Of a stretch of 64,000 bases of DNA, positions 37,319 to 47,219 are shown piece by piece (positions within the stretch are counted from its first letter, which is position 1; the number at the start of each line of letters is the position of its first letter). A model generated the notes under the pieces. The model saw only the letters and a list, made by a program, of their open reading frames with translations, did no database searches and was not told where the DNA came from. This stretch comes from Chloroflexota bacterium (GTDB lineage: Bacteria; Chloroflexota; Dehalococcoidia; JACPPY01), in the NCBI GenBank assembly GCA_016190755.1, contig JACPPY010000047.1:13752-77751 (forward strand). Reading direction: 5' to 3'. Made by a program: the position numbers and the translations under genes.

Positions 37319-40300
37319 TTAGAAGTTGACCCTCACCGTCCCCCTGGCCAGGCCGTCGATAATCAGGTTGATCATCGCGGTCTTAGTGTTGCCGATGCGG
37401 CTGATGTAGACCACGGCATGGCCCTTCTCGTCTGTAACCAGCGCAGCACTGGTGGAGGCTACCCCAGCCGGCAGAGCCAGCTTAACGTTGAGCCCGGCAA
37501 TAGCCAGCGGTTTCCTGCCGGTGATGTCCATGAGCTGGATATCCACTCGCGCTCCCTTGTTCGCGGCGCCCGGCGTGGCCTCAGTAGAGGTGATCTTCAT
37601 GGTCATGGGCACGTACGCCGTCGTAGCTATCTGCACCGAACGATCCTCGCTGTCGACGTCATCCGGCACGTCTCCGGCCTTGACCCTGGCCGTCAGAGCA
37701 TAGCTGCCCATGGCGCCAGGTTTCCAGGGCACGGACAACGTCCGCGTGGTTCCGGGGAGCAGGGCGACTGGTATCGCCCTCACCAGCTTGTCCGCTGCGA
37801 GCACTTCCAGAGTGAAGGATGCCGGCTCGTTGCCCTGGTTGGCCACGTCCACCCTTACGGTACTGACACGGCCGGCCATCGGTACACCGAGGACACTGAC
37901 GCCGGTGACCGCTACGTCCTTCACGGAATTAGTAATGGTGGTCGAAATGGTCATTTCGTTGTTGTCTGGGTTGATGTCGCCGGGCACACCCGTGATCACG
38001 GCCCTGAGCGACCCTTCGCCTGGATCGCTAGGCACTATCCAGTTCCAGGTGACGACCTTGGTGGAAGGTTTGTTGGGAGCCGGAGGCTTCAGATTAGACA
38101 CATTCTGGATTGGCTTGAGCTGCACAGTGCCTTTAACCGGCGTCTCAACCCACATCTCTACCTTGAAGGTCTGGGTAGTTGTGCCCAGGTTCTCGACCAC
38201 CGCGTTGACCTTGACCGGCAAGCCCTTCTTGGGCGCCACGATCGGCTTGCCCTTAGTGTCCGTGATGGTGATGTTCGTGACGGCGATGTCCGCACCCTGG
38301 ATGGTTATGCCGGTCGACTTGCTGTTGTCGGATGTATCCTCTTCACCGGTTAACGGGTCGACCCCGGCGAGAACGTTGAGCGTGCCCAGCACATCGGCAG
38401 TCCACTCGATGCTGACGTCAGTATGATCGCCAGATGCCAGCGAAGGTATTGTCTCGCTGCCTATCAAGGTACCGCCAATGGAGAACTTCACGAGCACATC
38501 GCTGAGATCCACCATGCCTTCGTTGGTGACGGTAGTGGTGAAGGTCAGCTCCGTGCCGTAGTTGTACTTGTTCCCCGTGGCTGAAGGCGACACTACCGGC
38601 TTGGTGACCGACACGTCTATGCCACCCGAAACGTCAACCTCGGTAGAAACCATGTCGTCGTCGTAGTTCATCTGGCCAGGTAGGTCGGCGCCGATAGCCT
38701 GGATGGACATGTTTGCGCCGGACGTTTCAGGCACCCACGGCAGAGTGACGTCATTCGATTCGCCCGGTCCAAGCGCGCCCACGTCCACAGCGCCCAGCTC
38801 GTCGTCGCCGGCAAAGAAGGTCACCGAGTAGTCACCCGGCAGCGGAAGGGCGCCGTTGTTTTTCACCGTAACGGCGATCCAGTACTGCAGGCCGGTGAAG
38901 ACCTCTTCCACCACCGCCTTTTTGCCGGTCGCACCGGGCTCGGTGTCGGAGACGTAGATGTTGCTCAGGCCCACCTCGACGCCAACCTGCAAGTCGACCT
39001 GGAGCGTAGCTTCGTTGTCACCGGCGTCGGCCTCTCTGGGCAAGACGGGTGTGCTCGCCTTGACCAGGTAGTCGTGTATCACAACGTCATGCCCTTCTTG
39101 TCCAGCCTTCGGGTCCGGCACTAGCTCAGGTATCCACAGCACCGAGGTGTCCTGTGTGTCGCCCGGGTTGAGCTTATCTATCAGACCCGAGTCGATGGCG
39201 ATCGGGTCGCCAAAGACGTACTTCTTGCCGGGGAAACCCGGTTCACCAGGCTCAAGGTTCTTGACTTCCAGTATCGGGTATACCTGGAAGTTCACCTGAA
39301 CGTCCCTGATGGGCTCGTCGCCATTATTGGCCGCGGTGGCGGTTAGGACCACCTGCTGGCCGGTCAGGAACGTCGGCGGCTCATCGCCAGATTCAGCGAT
39401 AGCCTCGGCAGTTATGCCCGTGATGCCTATGTTGGTCGCCGGTATCGTGCCGCCATGGCCCCTGTCGGGCGCGACGTCTTTGATGTCGAATATGTCGCCC
39501 GCAGCCGCGGTTACCTTCATGGACCCATCGTCCACCATCGTGACCAACCACAGTATCTGCCATATGGTGTCGTCGCTGTTCATGCCTATGGTGAAGGTCT
39601 CAATGAGAGGCGACCATTTCTTGGTCGTGCCGTTCCACTGGAATATGAACAACTGTCCGCTGGGTCCGCCTCCATCGAGGGCCTTGACCATGGAGCTCTT
39701 AACCTTGCTCACGTCCAGGCCGGGGAGCTTCTTAGCATAGTTGGCCATGTCCGCCCTGGCGACGGCTGCCCTGGCGGCCGCTTTTGCCGCAGGGCCACCG
39801 GGGCCTGGCGGGAAGACGAAGCCGAAGGCCATGTAGTCGGCCCCGACGTCGTTGGACAGCGGGCCGGTGTAGCCGGTCGCTGTGTCCTCGTCCGTGTCGA
39901 GCATAAGTATGGAAACCAGAGGCATCGGGTCGGGACCGAACAACGGCAACTGCCCGTAGAACTTCGTCAGGAACATCGCGGAGTCGCGGGTCACCTGGAC
40001 GCCGACCTTGTCGATGTCTACCTTCGGCGCCCCGCCGTTGGCCTTGCTCGCTCCAGCCCCACCGACATTGACGTCCTCGGGGTCGGTGATTATCCACCTT
40101 ATTGGCGGGATCACGTTGACCTCGACCGGCACGCGCATCATGCCCCTGCCCGGGTCGTTGCTCTTGATGAGGAGCTCGGCGAAATAGCGGCCCATGTCCA
40201 TGCCGCGGCCGTCTATAGTCAGGTTGACCACCTGGCTTCCGCCTGGAGCTATGCTGCCGCTGGTGACGTCCTCGCTGAGCCACGGGACATCGCCGCCGGT

Positions 40301-43282
40301 CCCGCGGCCGAGGTTGGACAGCATGTTTTCATAGGCCTCCTCCGCCGTGTCGCCTTCGCCAACCGTGTAGATAAGGGCGACAGACTTGCTCCCGCCGGGG
40401 GCCAGAGAGCCCAGGGCGAAGTATATCGCGCCGGCAAGGTCTCCGGCGACCGGGCTGTCCGGGCCGTTTTGCATCCAGTTCCCGCCGTGGTCTATCGTGG
40501 TGTAGTCATCCCAGGCATTCAGGTCCCAGTCGTACACCGCGGGCCACGAGTCGCCCGTCGCTGCCATGCCATAGGAGAAGTACTTCCCACCGGCAGGGCT
40601 GGGCGGATCGATGGCCGTCAGGGCGAAGGAGTCGGGGTTAAACGACCATACATCGTCGCCGCCACTAGCGTTGGCGTCCCAGTCGATGACCCTCTTGTAG
40701 CGCAGGTCTCCGATGGGATCGGGGCTAGTATTCTTGAACTCGGTTCTGAGCACAACCGACCGGCTGTGCTTGTCGAAATGCAGCACGTGGTTGATCGACA
40801 GACGGTTGTCGACCGTCATCGCACTCATGCGCTGCTTGGCCTCATCAGGGGTATCCCTGAGGGTTTCCCTGCCGGTGTGGTTCAGGCCCGGATGCCCGTT
40901 GTCCGGGTAGGAGGAAACGGTCCGGCCGTCGTAGAATACCACATAGCCCTCGCCGTTCCAGGTGACGGCAATGCTCTCGGCCATGCCAGGCACACCGTCG
41001 CTATGCGGACGGGCAGGCTTGTACTCGAAGCCATACCCCGCGCCGCTCCTGGACCCTGCATCCGGCGGGTTCTTCCAGTCGAGCTCGCCCATGTCGGACA
41101 TACCGACGACCAGCCATTCGCCTTCGAACTTTATACCCGAAGAACCCGGAGGCGGTGGTGGCGGTCCTGGAGGCGCGCCCGCGGCGGCGCCGGCTGTCTT
41201 GTTGTTGGGCAGCACACGAGATTCACCACCTTGCGGGCTGGGCAGCGACTTGGCGCCAGGGCCAGGCCCTCCCGGGCCGCCTTTGGCAAAGCGGTCGCTT
41301 ATCTCCCATGCCAGGTCGCCCTCGCCCTCGTTGTATATGGTCACCTCGGCGGCGCCCATGGTGCCGCGGTCAAGCGGGTCTACCTTGATGTAGTTGGGCT
41401 CTACGCGAATTCTGGGTTCAGGCGCAGCAATGTGCACGTGCACATGCAGCATCATCGGGGAATGGGCCGGGTCATTGCTGTCGATGTGGATATTGCCGTC
41501 GTAGTCACCCGGCCTTGTGCTGAAGGTACTAAACTGCACCATCACATCAGTAGAGCCTGATGGCGGCACGGTGCCAGCTACGGGTGTTTCGTCAAGCCAT
41601 GGGAAATCAACGGGCGAACCCGGCTCAGCCATTTCGCTCAGACGGAAGGTCAGGTCAGCGGTGCCCACATTCTGTATGCGTAGATTGAATCTCGCGCTGC
41701 CATCCGGCGGCAGCATCACCGACTCAGGCCAATCGGGAGTCGCTACGATGCTGGGGCTGCCCGGTGGTGGCGTCGTCGGTGGTGGTGTCGTAGTCGGAGG
41801 AGGCGCACTTTGTAGCCAGTTAATAGCCTGGCGAGCGTTGATTATGCCGAAGCCATACCGGTCGTCCTGACCCGCCGGGTTCTTGTCCAGGGCCGTATTC
41901 CTCAGGGCGTCGAACGTCTTGCTGGGCAGGCTGCTCGCGGTCGGATGTAACTTCTGGTACTCCAGCAACAGGGCCACAGCGCCCGAGACGTGGGGCGTAG
42001 CCATGGAGGTGCCGGCCGCATAGCCATAGCCGCCGGGAACGGATGAGTAGATATTGTCAGAGTAGGGATCAGTGCCAGATCCGCCAGGTGCGGACAGGTC
42101 GGGCTTGAGCCAGCTCTCCGGCCAGTCGGCCGGGGCGCCGGCGCCGAATCCGCTCTTAACGATGGTGCCGCCGCCGCTATACGAGGCAACGTTGGTATCC
42201 GGGCCGACGGCGCCTATGCCCCAGGACTCGAAGATGTTGCCGGGTGAACCCGAAGTGCCGGGCCCGCTATTGCCTATCGCTACGACCGGCACAATGCCCG
42301 CTGCCTTCAACGCCCTGATGGGCTCAGCGTAAGCGGTCACGTACCCTGGAGCACCCAAAGACATGCTCACGACGTCCGCCGCCGGGCCGGAAGGGTTGTT
42401 AAAGCGGTCATAGGGCGCCATGGCCCACTGCATGCCGGACAGTATCTGGCTGAAGTAGCCCCAACTGCTGCCGCTGCTGACATTCGGCAGTACGGCGCCC
42501 ATCATCAGCTTCGCGCCCGGTGCTACGCCGATGTTAACTCCGGACGTGGCGCCGCCGGCTATAGTGCCCGACACGTGTGTGCCGTGCCAGCCGTAGTCCA
42601 CCGGCGTCGGGAACGGGCTGGTGCCATCAGGGTTGCCGATCGTGCCGTCGGGCTTCCAGGCCATCCAGCCGCCGGGGATATAGGAGTCGGCGGGTGAGGT
42701 CGTGAACAGCTTGCCGGCCAGGTCGGGGTGCGCGGGGTCGATGCCGGTGTCCAGCACAGCGACCTTCACGCCGTTGCCGCTAACGCTAAAGTCAGACCAT
42801 GCCTGCGGCGCGCCGATCATTCTCAGGCCCCAGGTCGGGCCAGGTAGAGGCGGCAGGACATCAGCTCCCCTTGCGACGCCGTCCAGCGCATACACCTTGA
42901 AGTTGGGTATGATGCGTTCTACATTCGGAAGGCCCGCCAGGACGCTGAGCGTGGCGGTATCAACGCGGGCGAGCACGGAGTTGTTGATCCAGTACTGGTT
43001 CAACACCTTGCCGCCGCCGCTGGTGACAGCCGATGTTACCGCGGCCAGGGATGTGGCAGCGCCAGCCTTCAAAGCGCCGGCCGTCCCAGCCGCGCTCACA
43101 CGGCTGAGGCTCACTGGCTTCATAATGACGACTACCTCAGCCGTTTCTCCCGCAGCTATCGACACCTCCACGCGGGCCGGGCTTACGGAGCCGGAGTCCG
43201 CGAAGACGAGGCCAAAGCCCGGGCTCATAACGACTATGGATAGGATGAGTAGTGCTGTGAGTGCCCATCTTCTGGTCTTCAC
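37319..43282 (-). CDS. Large secreted S8 (subtilase) serine peptidase with Ig-like and CARDB-like repeats
   Basis: Signal peptide, propeptide, triad VLDTG / HGTHVSG / GTSMATP, Pro-rich linkers, C-terminal repeats of V.N.G...(D/N)N type. Confidence 0.92.
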   Translation of the reverse strand: MKTRRWALTALLILSIVVMSPGFGLVFADSGSVSPARVEVSIAAGETAEVVVIMKPVSLSRVSAAGTAGALKAGAATSLAAVTSAVTSGGGKVLNQYWINNSVLARVDTATLSVLAGLPNVERIIPNFKVYALDGVARGADVLPPLPGPTWGLRMIGAPQAWSDFSVSGNGVKVAVLDTGIDPAHPDLAGKLFTTSPADSYIPGGWMAWKPDGTIGNPDGTSPFPTPVDYGWHGTHVSGTIAGGATSGVNIGVAPGAKLMMGAVLPNVSSGSSWGYFSQILSGMQWAMAPYDRFNNPSGPAADVVSMSLGAPGYVTAYAEPIRALKAAGIVPVVAIGNSGPGTSGSPGNIFESWGIGAVGPDTNVASYSGGGTIVKSGFGAGAPADWPESWLKPDLSAPGGSGTDPYSDNIYSSVPGGYGYAAGTSMATPHVSGAVALLLEYQKLHPTASSLPSKTFDALRNTALDKNPAGQDDRYGFGIINARQAINWLQSAPPPTTTPPPTTPPPGSPSIVATPDWPESVMLPPDGSARFNLRIQNVGTADLTFRLSEMAEPGSPVDFPWLDETPVAGTVPPSGSTDVMVQFSTFSTRPGDYDGNIHIDSNDPAHSPMMLHVHVHIAAPEPRIRVEPNYIKVDPLDRGTMGAAEVTIYNEGEGDLAWEISDRFAKGGPGGPGPGAKSLPSPQGGESRVLPNNKTAGAAAGAPPGPPPPPPGSSGIKFEGEWLVVGMSDMGELDWKNPPDAGSRSGAGYGFEYKPARPHSDGVPGMAESIAVTWNGEGYVVFYDGRTVSSYPDNGHPGLNHTGRETLRDTPDEAKQRMSAMTVDNRLSINHVLHFDKHSRSVVLRTEFKNTSPDPIGDLRYKRVIDWDANASGGDDVWSFNPDSFALTAIDPPSPAGGKYFSYGMAATGDSWPAVYDWDLNAWDDYTTIDHGGNWMQNGPDSPVAGDLAGAIYFALGSLAPGGSKSVALIYTVGEGDTAEEAYENMLSNLGRGTGGDVPWLSEDVTSGSIAPGGSQVVNLTIDGRGMDMGRYFAELLIKSNDPGRGMMRVPVEVNVIPPIRWIITDPEDVNVGGAGASKANGGAPKVDIDKVGVQVTRDSAMFLTKFYGQLPLFGPDPMPLVSILMLDTDEDTATGYTGPLSNDVGADYMAFGFVFPPGPGGPAAKAAARAAVARADMANYAKKLPGLDVSKVKSSMVKALDGGGPSGQLFIFQWNGTTKKWSPLIETFTIGMNSDDTIWQILWLVTMVDDGSMKVTAAAGDIFDIKDVAPDRGHGGTIPATNIGITGITAEAIAESGDEPPTFLTGQQVVLTATAANNGDEPIRDVQVNFQVYPILEVKNLEPGEPGFPGKKYVFGDPIAIDSGLIDKLNPGDTQDTSVLWIPELVPDPKAGQEGHDVVIHDYLVKASTPVLPREADAGDNEATLQVDLQVGVEVGLSNIYVSDTEPGATGKKAVVEEVFTGLQYWIAVTVKNNGALPLPGDYSVTFFAGDDELGAVDVGALGPGESNDVTLPWVPETSGANMSIQAIGADLPGQMNYDDDMVSTEVDVSGGIDVSVTKPVVSPSATGNKYNYGTELTFTTTVTNEGMVDLSDVLVKFSIGGTLIGSETIPSLASGDHTDVSIEWTADVLGTLNVLAGVDPLTGEEDTSDNSKSTGITIQGADIAVTNITITDTKGKPIVAPKKGLPVKVNAVVENLGTTTQTFKVEMWVETPVKGTVQLKPIQNVSNLKPPAPNKPSTKVVTWNWIVPSDPGEGSLRAVITGVPGDINPDNNEMTISTTITNSVKDVAVTGVSVLGVPMAGRVSTVRVDVANQGNEPASFTLEVLAADKLVRAIPVALLPGTTRTLSVPWKPGAMGSYALTARVKAGDVPDDVDSEDRSVQIATTAYVPMTMKITSTEATPGAANKGARVDIQLMDITGRKPLAIAGLNVKLALPAGVASTSAALVTDEKGHAVVYISRIGNTKTAMINLIIDGLARGTVRVNF

Positions 43283-43418
43283 CTAAGGTTACCTCCTATA
43301 AGTTTTAAGTAAGTCCCAAGGCCCGCACCAGGCAGGCCATTATTACCACGGCTACGAATTCGGGTCCCTGTTCCCATGCAACATAAACACCACCCCTCCG
43401 CTTCCCTCTGTGCGATTC

Positions 43419-43481
43419 GGGTTGGCGACCAGTATGCAATGGGTTGGTGACCACTATAACATCACGTTTTCATGACGTCAA
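43419..43481 (-). promoter_or_regulatory. Near-consensus sigma70 promoter of the S8 gene overlapped by a 17-bp direct repeat
   Basis: TTGACG(43481-43476)-17-TATAGT(43458-43453) with extended TG; GGGTTGGCGACCAGTAT (43419-43435) and GGGTTGGTGACCACTAT (43441-43457). Confidence 0.7.
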
Positions 43482-43634
43482 CCCTTGTCAACATTACAGC
43501 GCCATCACAGCACCGTTCAGTTTGCGCTTGACCCAAATCTGCTCGAACAGTGTTGATATTGTGAGGTTTTTGTAAGGATTTGGTTTGGAAGTCGCCCCGT
43601 TGATGAATGCCCGGCTATGCGATATCCTTGAGCC

Positions 43635-44537
43635 GTGACCGAACTTTTGGTGGACACACCGGGCGTCAGGCTGGACAGGTTCGTCACTGACAGATGCGCC
43701 GGACTGTCCCGCGCACGGGTACAAAAGCTCATAGAGCTGGGGCTGGTGCGGGTGAGCGGCAGGCCTGCCAAGCCCGGCTACAGGCTGTCCGCTGGAGACA
43801 TCGTGTCTGTGACCGTCCCGCCGCACGCTCCGATTGAGCTAAAACCTGAGTCCATACCGCTGACCGTAGTCCACGAAGACGACGCTATTATCGTCGTCGA
43901 TAAGCCGGCGGGCATGACAGTCCACCCGGCCGCCGGAAACCGCGAGCATACCCTGGTCAACGCATTGCTGGCCCACTGTCCGGCCCTGGCAGCCAGCGTC
44001 ACGCCCGAGAGGCCGGGCATCGTGCACCGGCTGGACAAAGACACGTCGGGCCTCATGGTCATAGCAAAGGCCGATGCGGCATTCAAAGGCCTGATAGCTC
44101 AATTCCTCTCACGCCGCATCTTTAAGAGGTATACTGCACTGGTCACAGGACATGTCTCTCCGGAGAAGGGGATCATAGAGGCCCCGATAGGTCGCGATCC
44201 CTCCAACCGCAAGCGCATGGCAGTGGTGCTTGGAGGCAAGGAGTCCCGCACACGCTACAACGTGACGGAGTACATGGATGGTTACTCATTGCTGGAGATT
44301 ACACTTGAGACAGGCCGGACGCACCAGATAAGGGTGCACCTGGCGGCCATCGGACATCCCGTAGCAGGCGACCGCGTATACGGAGGCAAGTCCCCTCTCT
44401 TCAAACGCCAGTTTTTGCACGCCTCCGCGCTCGGGTTCGAGCATCCGGTTACGGGCGAGAGTTGCCAGTTCTTCTCTCCCCTGCCGGACGACCTCAGGCA
44501 AGGCCTGGAGACACTGCGCAGGAAAGCCGCGGGCTGA
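43635..44537 (+). CDS. rluD: RluA/RluD family 23S rRNA pseudouridine synthase
   Basis: S4 domain, DKPAGM.VHP, HRLDKDTSG, TGRTHQIRVH. Confidence 0.92.
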   Translation: MTELLVDTPGVRLDRFVTDRCAGLSRARVQKLIELGLVRVSGRPAKPGYRLSAGDIVSVTVPPHAPIELKPESIPLTVVHEDDAIIVVDKPAGMTVHPAAGNREHTLVNALLAHCPALAASVTPERPGIVHRLDKDTSGLMVIAKADAAFKGLIAQFLSRRIFKRYTALVTGHVSPEKGIIEAPIGRDPSNRKRMAVVLGGKESRTRYNVTEYMDGYSLLEITLETGRTHQIRVHLAAIGHPVAGDRVYGGKSPLFKRQFLHASALGFEHPVTGESCQFFSPLPDDLRQGLETLRRKAAG

Positions 44538-44628
44538 CTCTGTTCCTTCAAAGCACCACGCAGGCCGATGCATTGGCCAGTCGTTGAATTGTGTTAAAAT
44601 AGGGCACTTTTATGGCCGGAGGTATATC

Positions 44629-44907
44629 GTGGGCCAACGAGATGATCGTATGGTCGGGGCCAACACAGGGGGCGACCCAGCCGAAGCGGACCAGGCGATA
44701 TCTCAGTTCGCAACCGAGGCTGCATCCCTGACAGCTTCGGGTAAGATCGGGGCTGAGATCGTCAACCAGAAGAATGAGCTTCTCTGGAAGATCACGGCGC
44801 AGATAGACGAGACCAAGTTGAACCTGGAGCAGCTTGAGGAAACACAGAAAAACCTCAAGAAGCACCTGGCCCAACTGCAGTCGCTGAAGAAGATACTGTC
44901 AACGTAG
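44629..44907 (+). CDS. Small coiled-coil hypothetical protein
   Basis: GGAGGT RBS before GTG 44629; heptad-like Leu/Glu/Lys C-terminus. Confidence 0.65.
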   Translation: MGQRDDRMVGANTGGDPAEADQAISQFATEAASLTASGKIGAEIVNQKNELLWKITAQIDETKLNLEQLEETQKNLKKHLAQLQSLKKILST

Positions 44908-45135
44908 AGGTGGGCATCCCGGCGGGACATCCTGCCAGGGACGGAGTTGCCGGGCCGGCTCTGCCCGATGGTTGGCTCCTGGTCTGAAGCATAATTACGT
45001 GGTGCGCGTGGACCTGCGCTACGTGCGAACGGGCATGTCCGCGCAACAGGCCGGACTCAAGCATCATGTCAGGCTCAAGCGGTATCCGTATCTGCTGCGG
45101 TAGACTACCATAATCTCGGATGCTAGAATGGTCGC

Positions 45136-45666
45136 ATGGGGCCTACAGGATATAGTTTGAAGGAAGTGGAACGGGTCCCTGAGATAACGACTGCAGAGCT
45201 AGCCGGCCTCTGGGCCAGGTTGGTCGCCTATGTTATAGATGTGGTGCTCCTTGGCCTGGTGTGCTGGGGCATCTCATATTTCCTCAATAGTGCATTCACC
45301 GACGGAGATCCGATCAGGACCTCGTCTGGGGTTGTAGGGACGGCGTCTGGCCTGTTCCTGGCCGGCAGCGCCATCTACTTCACATCTATGCTCAAGCATC
45401 GCGGCCAGACGCTTGGCAAGATGGCAGTGGGAATCAAAGTGATCAAGACGGACGCATCGCAACTGGGATGGAGCGACTCACTGAGGCGTTTTGCCGGCTA
45501 TGTGCTTTCGTGGCTGACGCTTCACCTGCTGTTCCTGAAAGTCGCCGTCGACCGGCACAGGCAGGGAGTACACGATCACATGGCCGATACATATGTGATC
45601 GTAGTGCCCAAGAAGAGGGTCAGCGTACCCCAGGCGCAGCCGTACGTGGCTCACATATGTCGCTAA
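45136..45666 (+). CDS. RDD family membrane protein
   Basis: RLVAYVID, GQTLGKM, HDHMADTYV. Confidence 0.9.
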   Translation: MGPTGYSLKEVERVPEITTAELAGLWARLVAYVIDVVLLGLVCWGISYFLNSAFTDGDPIRTSSGVVGTASGLFLAGSAIYFTSMLKHRGQTLGKMAVGIKVIKTDASQLGWSDSLRRFAGYVLSWLTLHLLFLKVAVDRHRQGVHDHMADTYVIVVPKKRVSVPQAQPYVAHICR

Positions 45667-47150
45667 CAGAGCCTTCCAATGTCAGGGTGCGTTATGCGCC
45701 TAGCCCCACGGGCTATCCTCACGTGGGCAATATTCGGACGGCCATGTTTAACTGGCTCTTCGCCCGCCACTACGGAGGCCGTTTCGTGTTGCGCATTGAG
45801 GATACCGACGTTGCCCGCACGGTCCCCGGGGCGCTGGAGGCGATACTGGAAAGCCTGCGCTGGTTGAACCTGGACTGGGATGAAGGTCCGGAGGTGGGTG
45901 GCGGCTATGGACCTTATGTGCAGTCCCAGAGGCTGCCGCTGTATCATGAGGCCGCCGAGCGCCTGGTGAGGGAAGGCCACGCCTACTACTGCTTCTGCTC
46001 GCCCGAGAGGCTGGAGCAGATGCGCGCTGAGCAAACAAAGCGTAAGGAGCCACCCAGATACGATCGGCTATGCCGTTGTCTCACGACTGATCAGGCGTCG
46101 GACAAGGCGACGTCCGGCGTGATTCCTGTCGTCCGTTTCAAAACCCCGCTGGAAGGATTGACGACCTTTACGGACCTGATCCGCGGCGAGGTCACTTTCG
46201 ACAACGCCACGCTGGACGATTTCGTGCTTCTCAAGTCGGACGGCTATCCTACCTATCACATGGCGAGCATAGTAGATGACCATAGCATGCTTATTTCGCA
46301 CGTGATGCGGGCCGAGGAATGGCTGTCCAGCACACCCCGGCATGTATTGCTGTACCGGGCGCTTGGCTGGGAACCGCCGCAGTTCGCCCACCTGCCCATG
46401 ATACTGGGACCCGACCGTTCCAAGCTGAGCAAGCGGCACGGCGCCACTTCTCTCATCGAGTACCGCGAAGCGGGCTTCCTGCCTGAGACAATGGTCAACT
46501 TCCTGGCCCTCCTGGGATGGTCCCTGGACGACAAGACTGAACTGTTGAGTCGAGAAGAGATAGTTAAGAGCTTCACTCTGGAGCACATAAGCAAGACGCC
46601 TGCTATCTTCAACCGTGAGAAGCTGGAGTGGATGAACGGCGTCTACATCCGTAGCCTTAAGGTTGAGGACTTAACCAACCGTATCATACCCTTCCTGGAG
46701 CGCGATCTGCCTCCGGGGGTGCCCAGACCTCTGTCGCGGGACTATGTGCTCAAGATCGCCCCCTTGATACAGGAACGCGCCAGGACGCTGGCCGAGGCGG
46801 CACAGTTGTCGGACTTCTTCTTCGTGGTTGAGCCGCACTACGACCCGGCGTTGCTACTGTCTAAGAACACCGGACCGGATGACATCGCCAATGCGCTGCA
46901 CATCACGCTGGAGAGGCTGCGAACAATAGAATCTTTCGATACGGCACGGCTTGAGCCCATGCTCCGCTCGCTGGCCGCCGAGCTGGGCATGAAGACCGGC
47001 GTGCTGTTCGGAGCGCTGAGGACCGCTACCACCGGCAGGACAGCCGCACCGCCGCTGTTCCAGACAATGGAGGCATTGGGCAAGGACAGGTGCCTGCGAA
47101 GAATAGAGGCCGCCATAGACCTGTTGGGCCGGCTCGAGCGGGCCAAATGA
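45657..47150 (+). CDS. gltX: Glutamate--tRNA ligase
   Basis: RYAPSPTG, HVGN (HIGH), RIEDTD, KLSKR; start reassigned to ATG 45657. Confidence 0.97.
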   Translation: MSLTEPSNVRVRYAPSPTGYPHVGNIRTAMFNWLFARHYGGRFVLRIEDTDVARTVPGALEAILESLRWLNLDWDEGPEVGGGYGPYVQSQRLPLYHEAAERLVREGHAYYCFCSPERLEQMRAEQTKRKEPPRYDRLCRCLTTDQASDKATSGVIPVVRFKTPLEGLTTFTDLIRGEVTFDNATLDDFVLLKSDGYPTYHMASIVDDHSMLISHVMRAEEWLSSTPRHVLLYRALGWEPPQFAHLPMILGPDRSKLSKRHGATSLIEYREAGFLPETMVNFLALLGWSLDDKTELLSREEIVKSFTLEHISKTPAIFNREKLEWMNGVYIRSLKVEDLTNRIIPFLERDLPPGVPRPLSRDYVLKIAPLIQERARTLAEAAQLSDFFFVVEPHYDPALLLSKNTGPDDIANALHITLERLRTIESFDTARLEPMLRSLAAELGMKTGVLFGALRTATTGRTAAPPLFQTMEALGKDRCLRRIEAAIDLLGRLERAK

Positions 47151-47219
47151 GTGAAGGGGACACAGGGGTAAGGGCTCCTTGTCCTCTCACGTTACATTTG
47201 ATGTAGGAGCGCCACAGCC

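Noticed and set aside
37160..38353. 397-aa plus-strand ORF
   Set aside because: Antisense to the S8 gene and crosses its terminator.
39455..41560. 701-aa plus-strand ORF
   Set aside because: Antisense shadow of the GC-rich S8 protease gene; no recognisable motifs.
43419..43457. CRISPR array from short direct repeats (also 55171-55218, 35526-35563)
   Set aside because: Only 2-3 short copies, spacers too short, no cas genes.
45468..45656. N-terminal extension of gltX given by the ORF track
   Set aside because: Overlaps the RDD gene; family similarity begins after ATG 45657.
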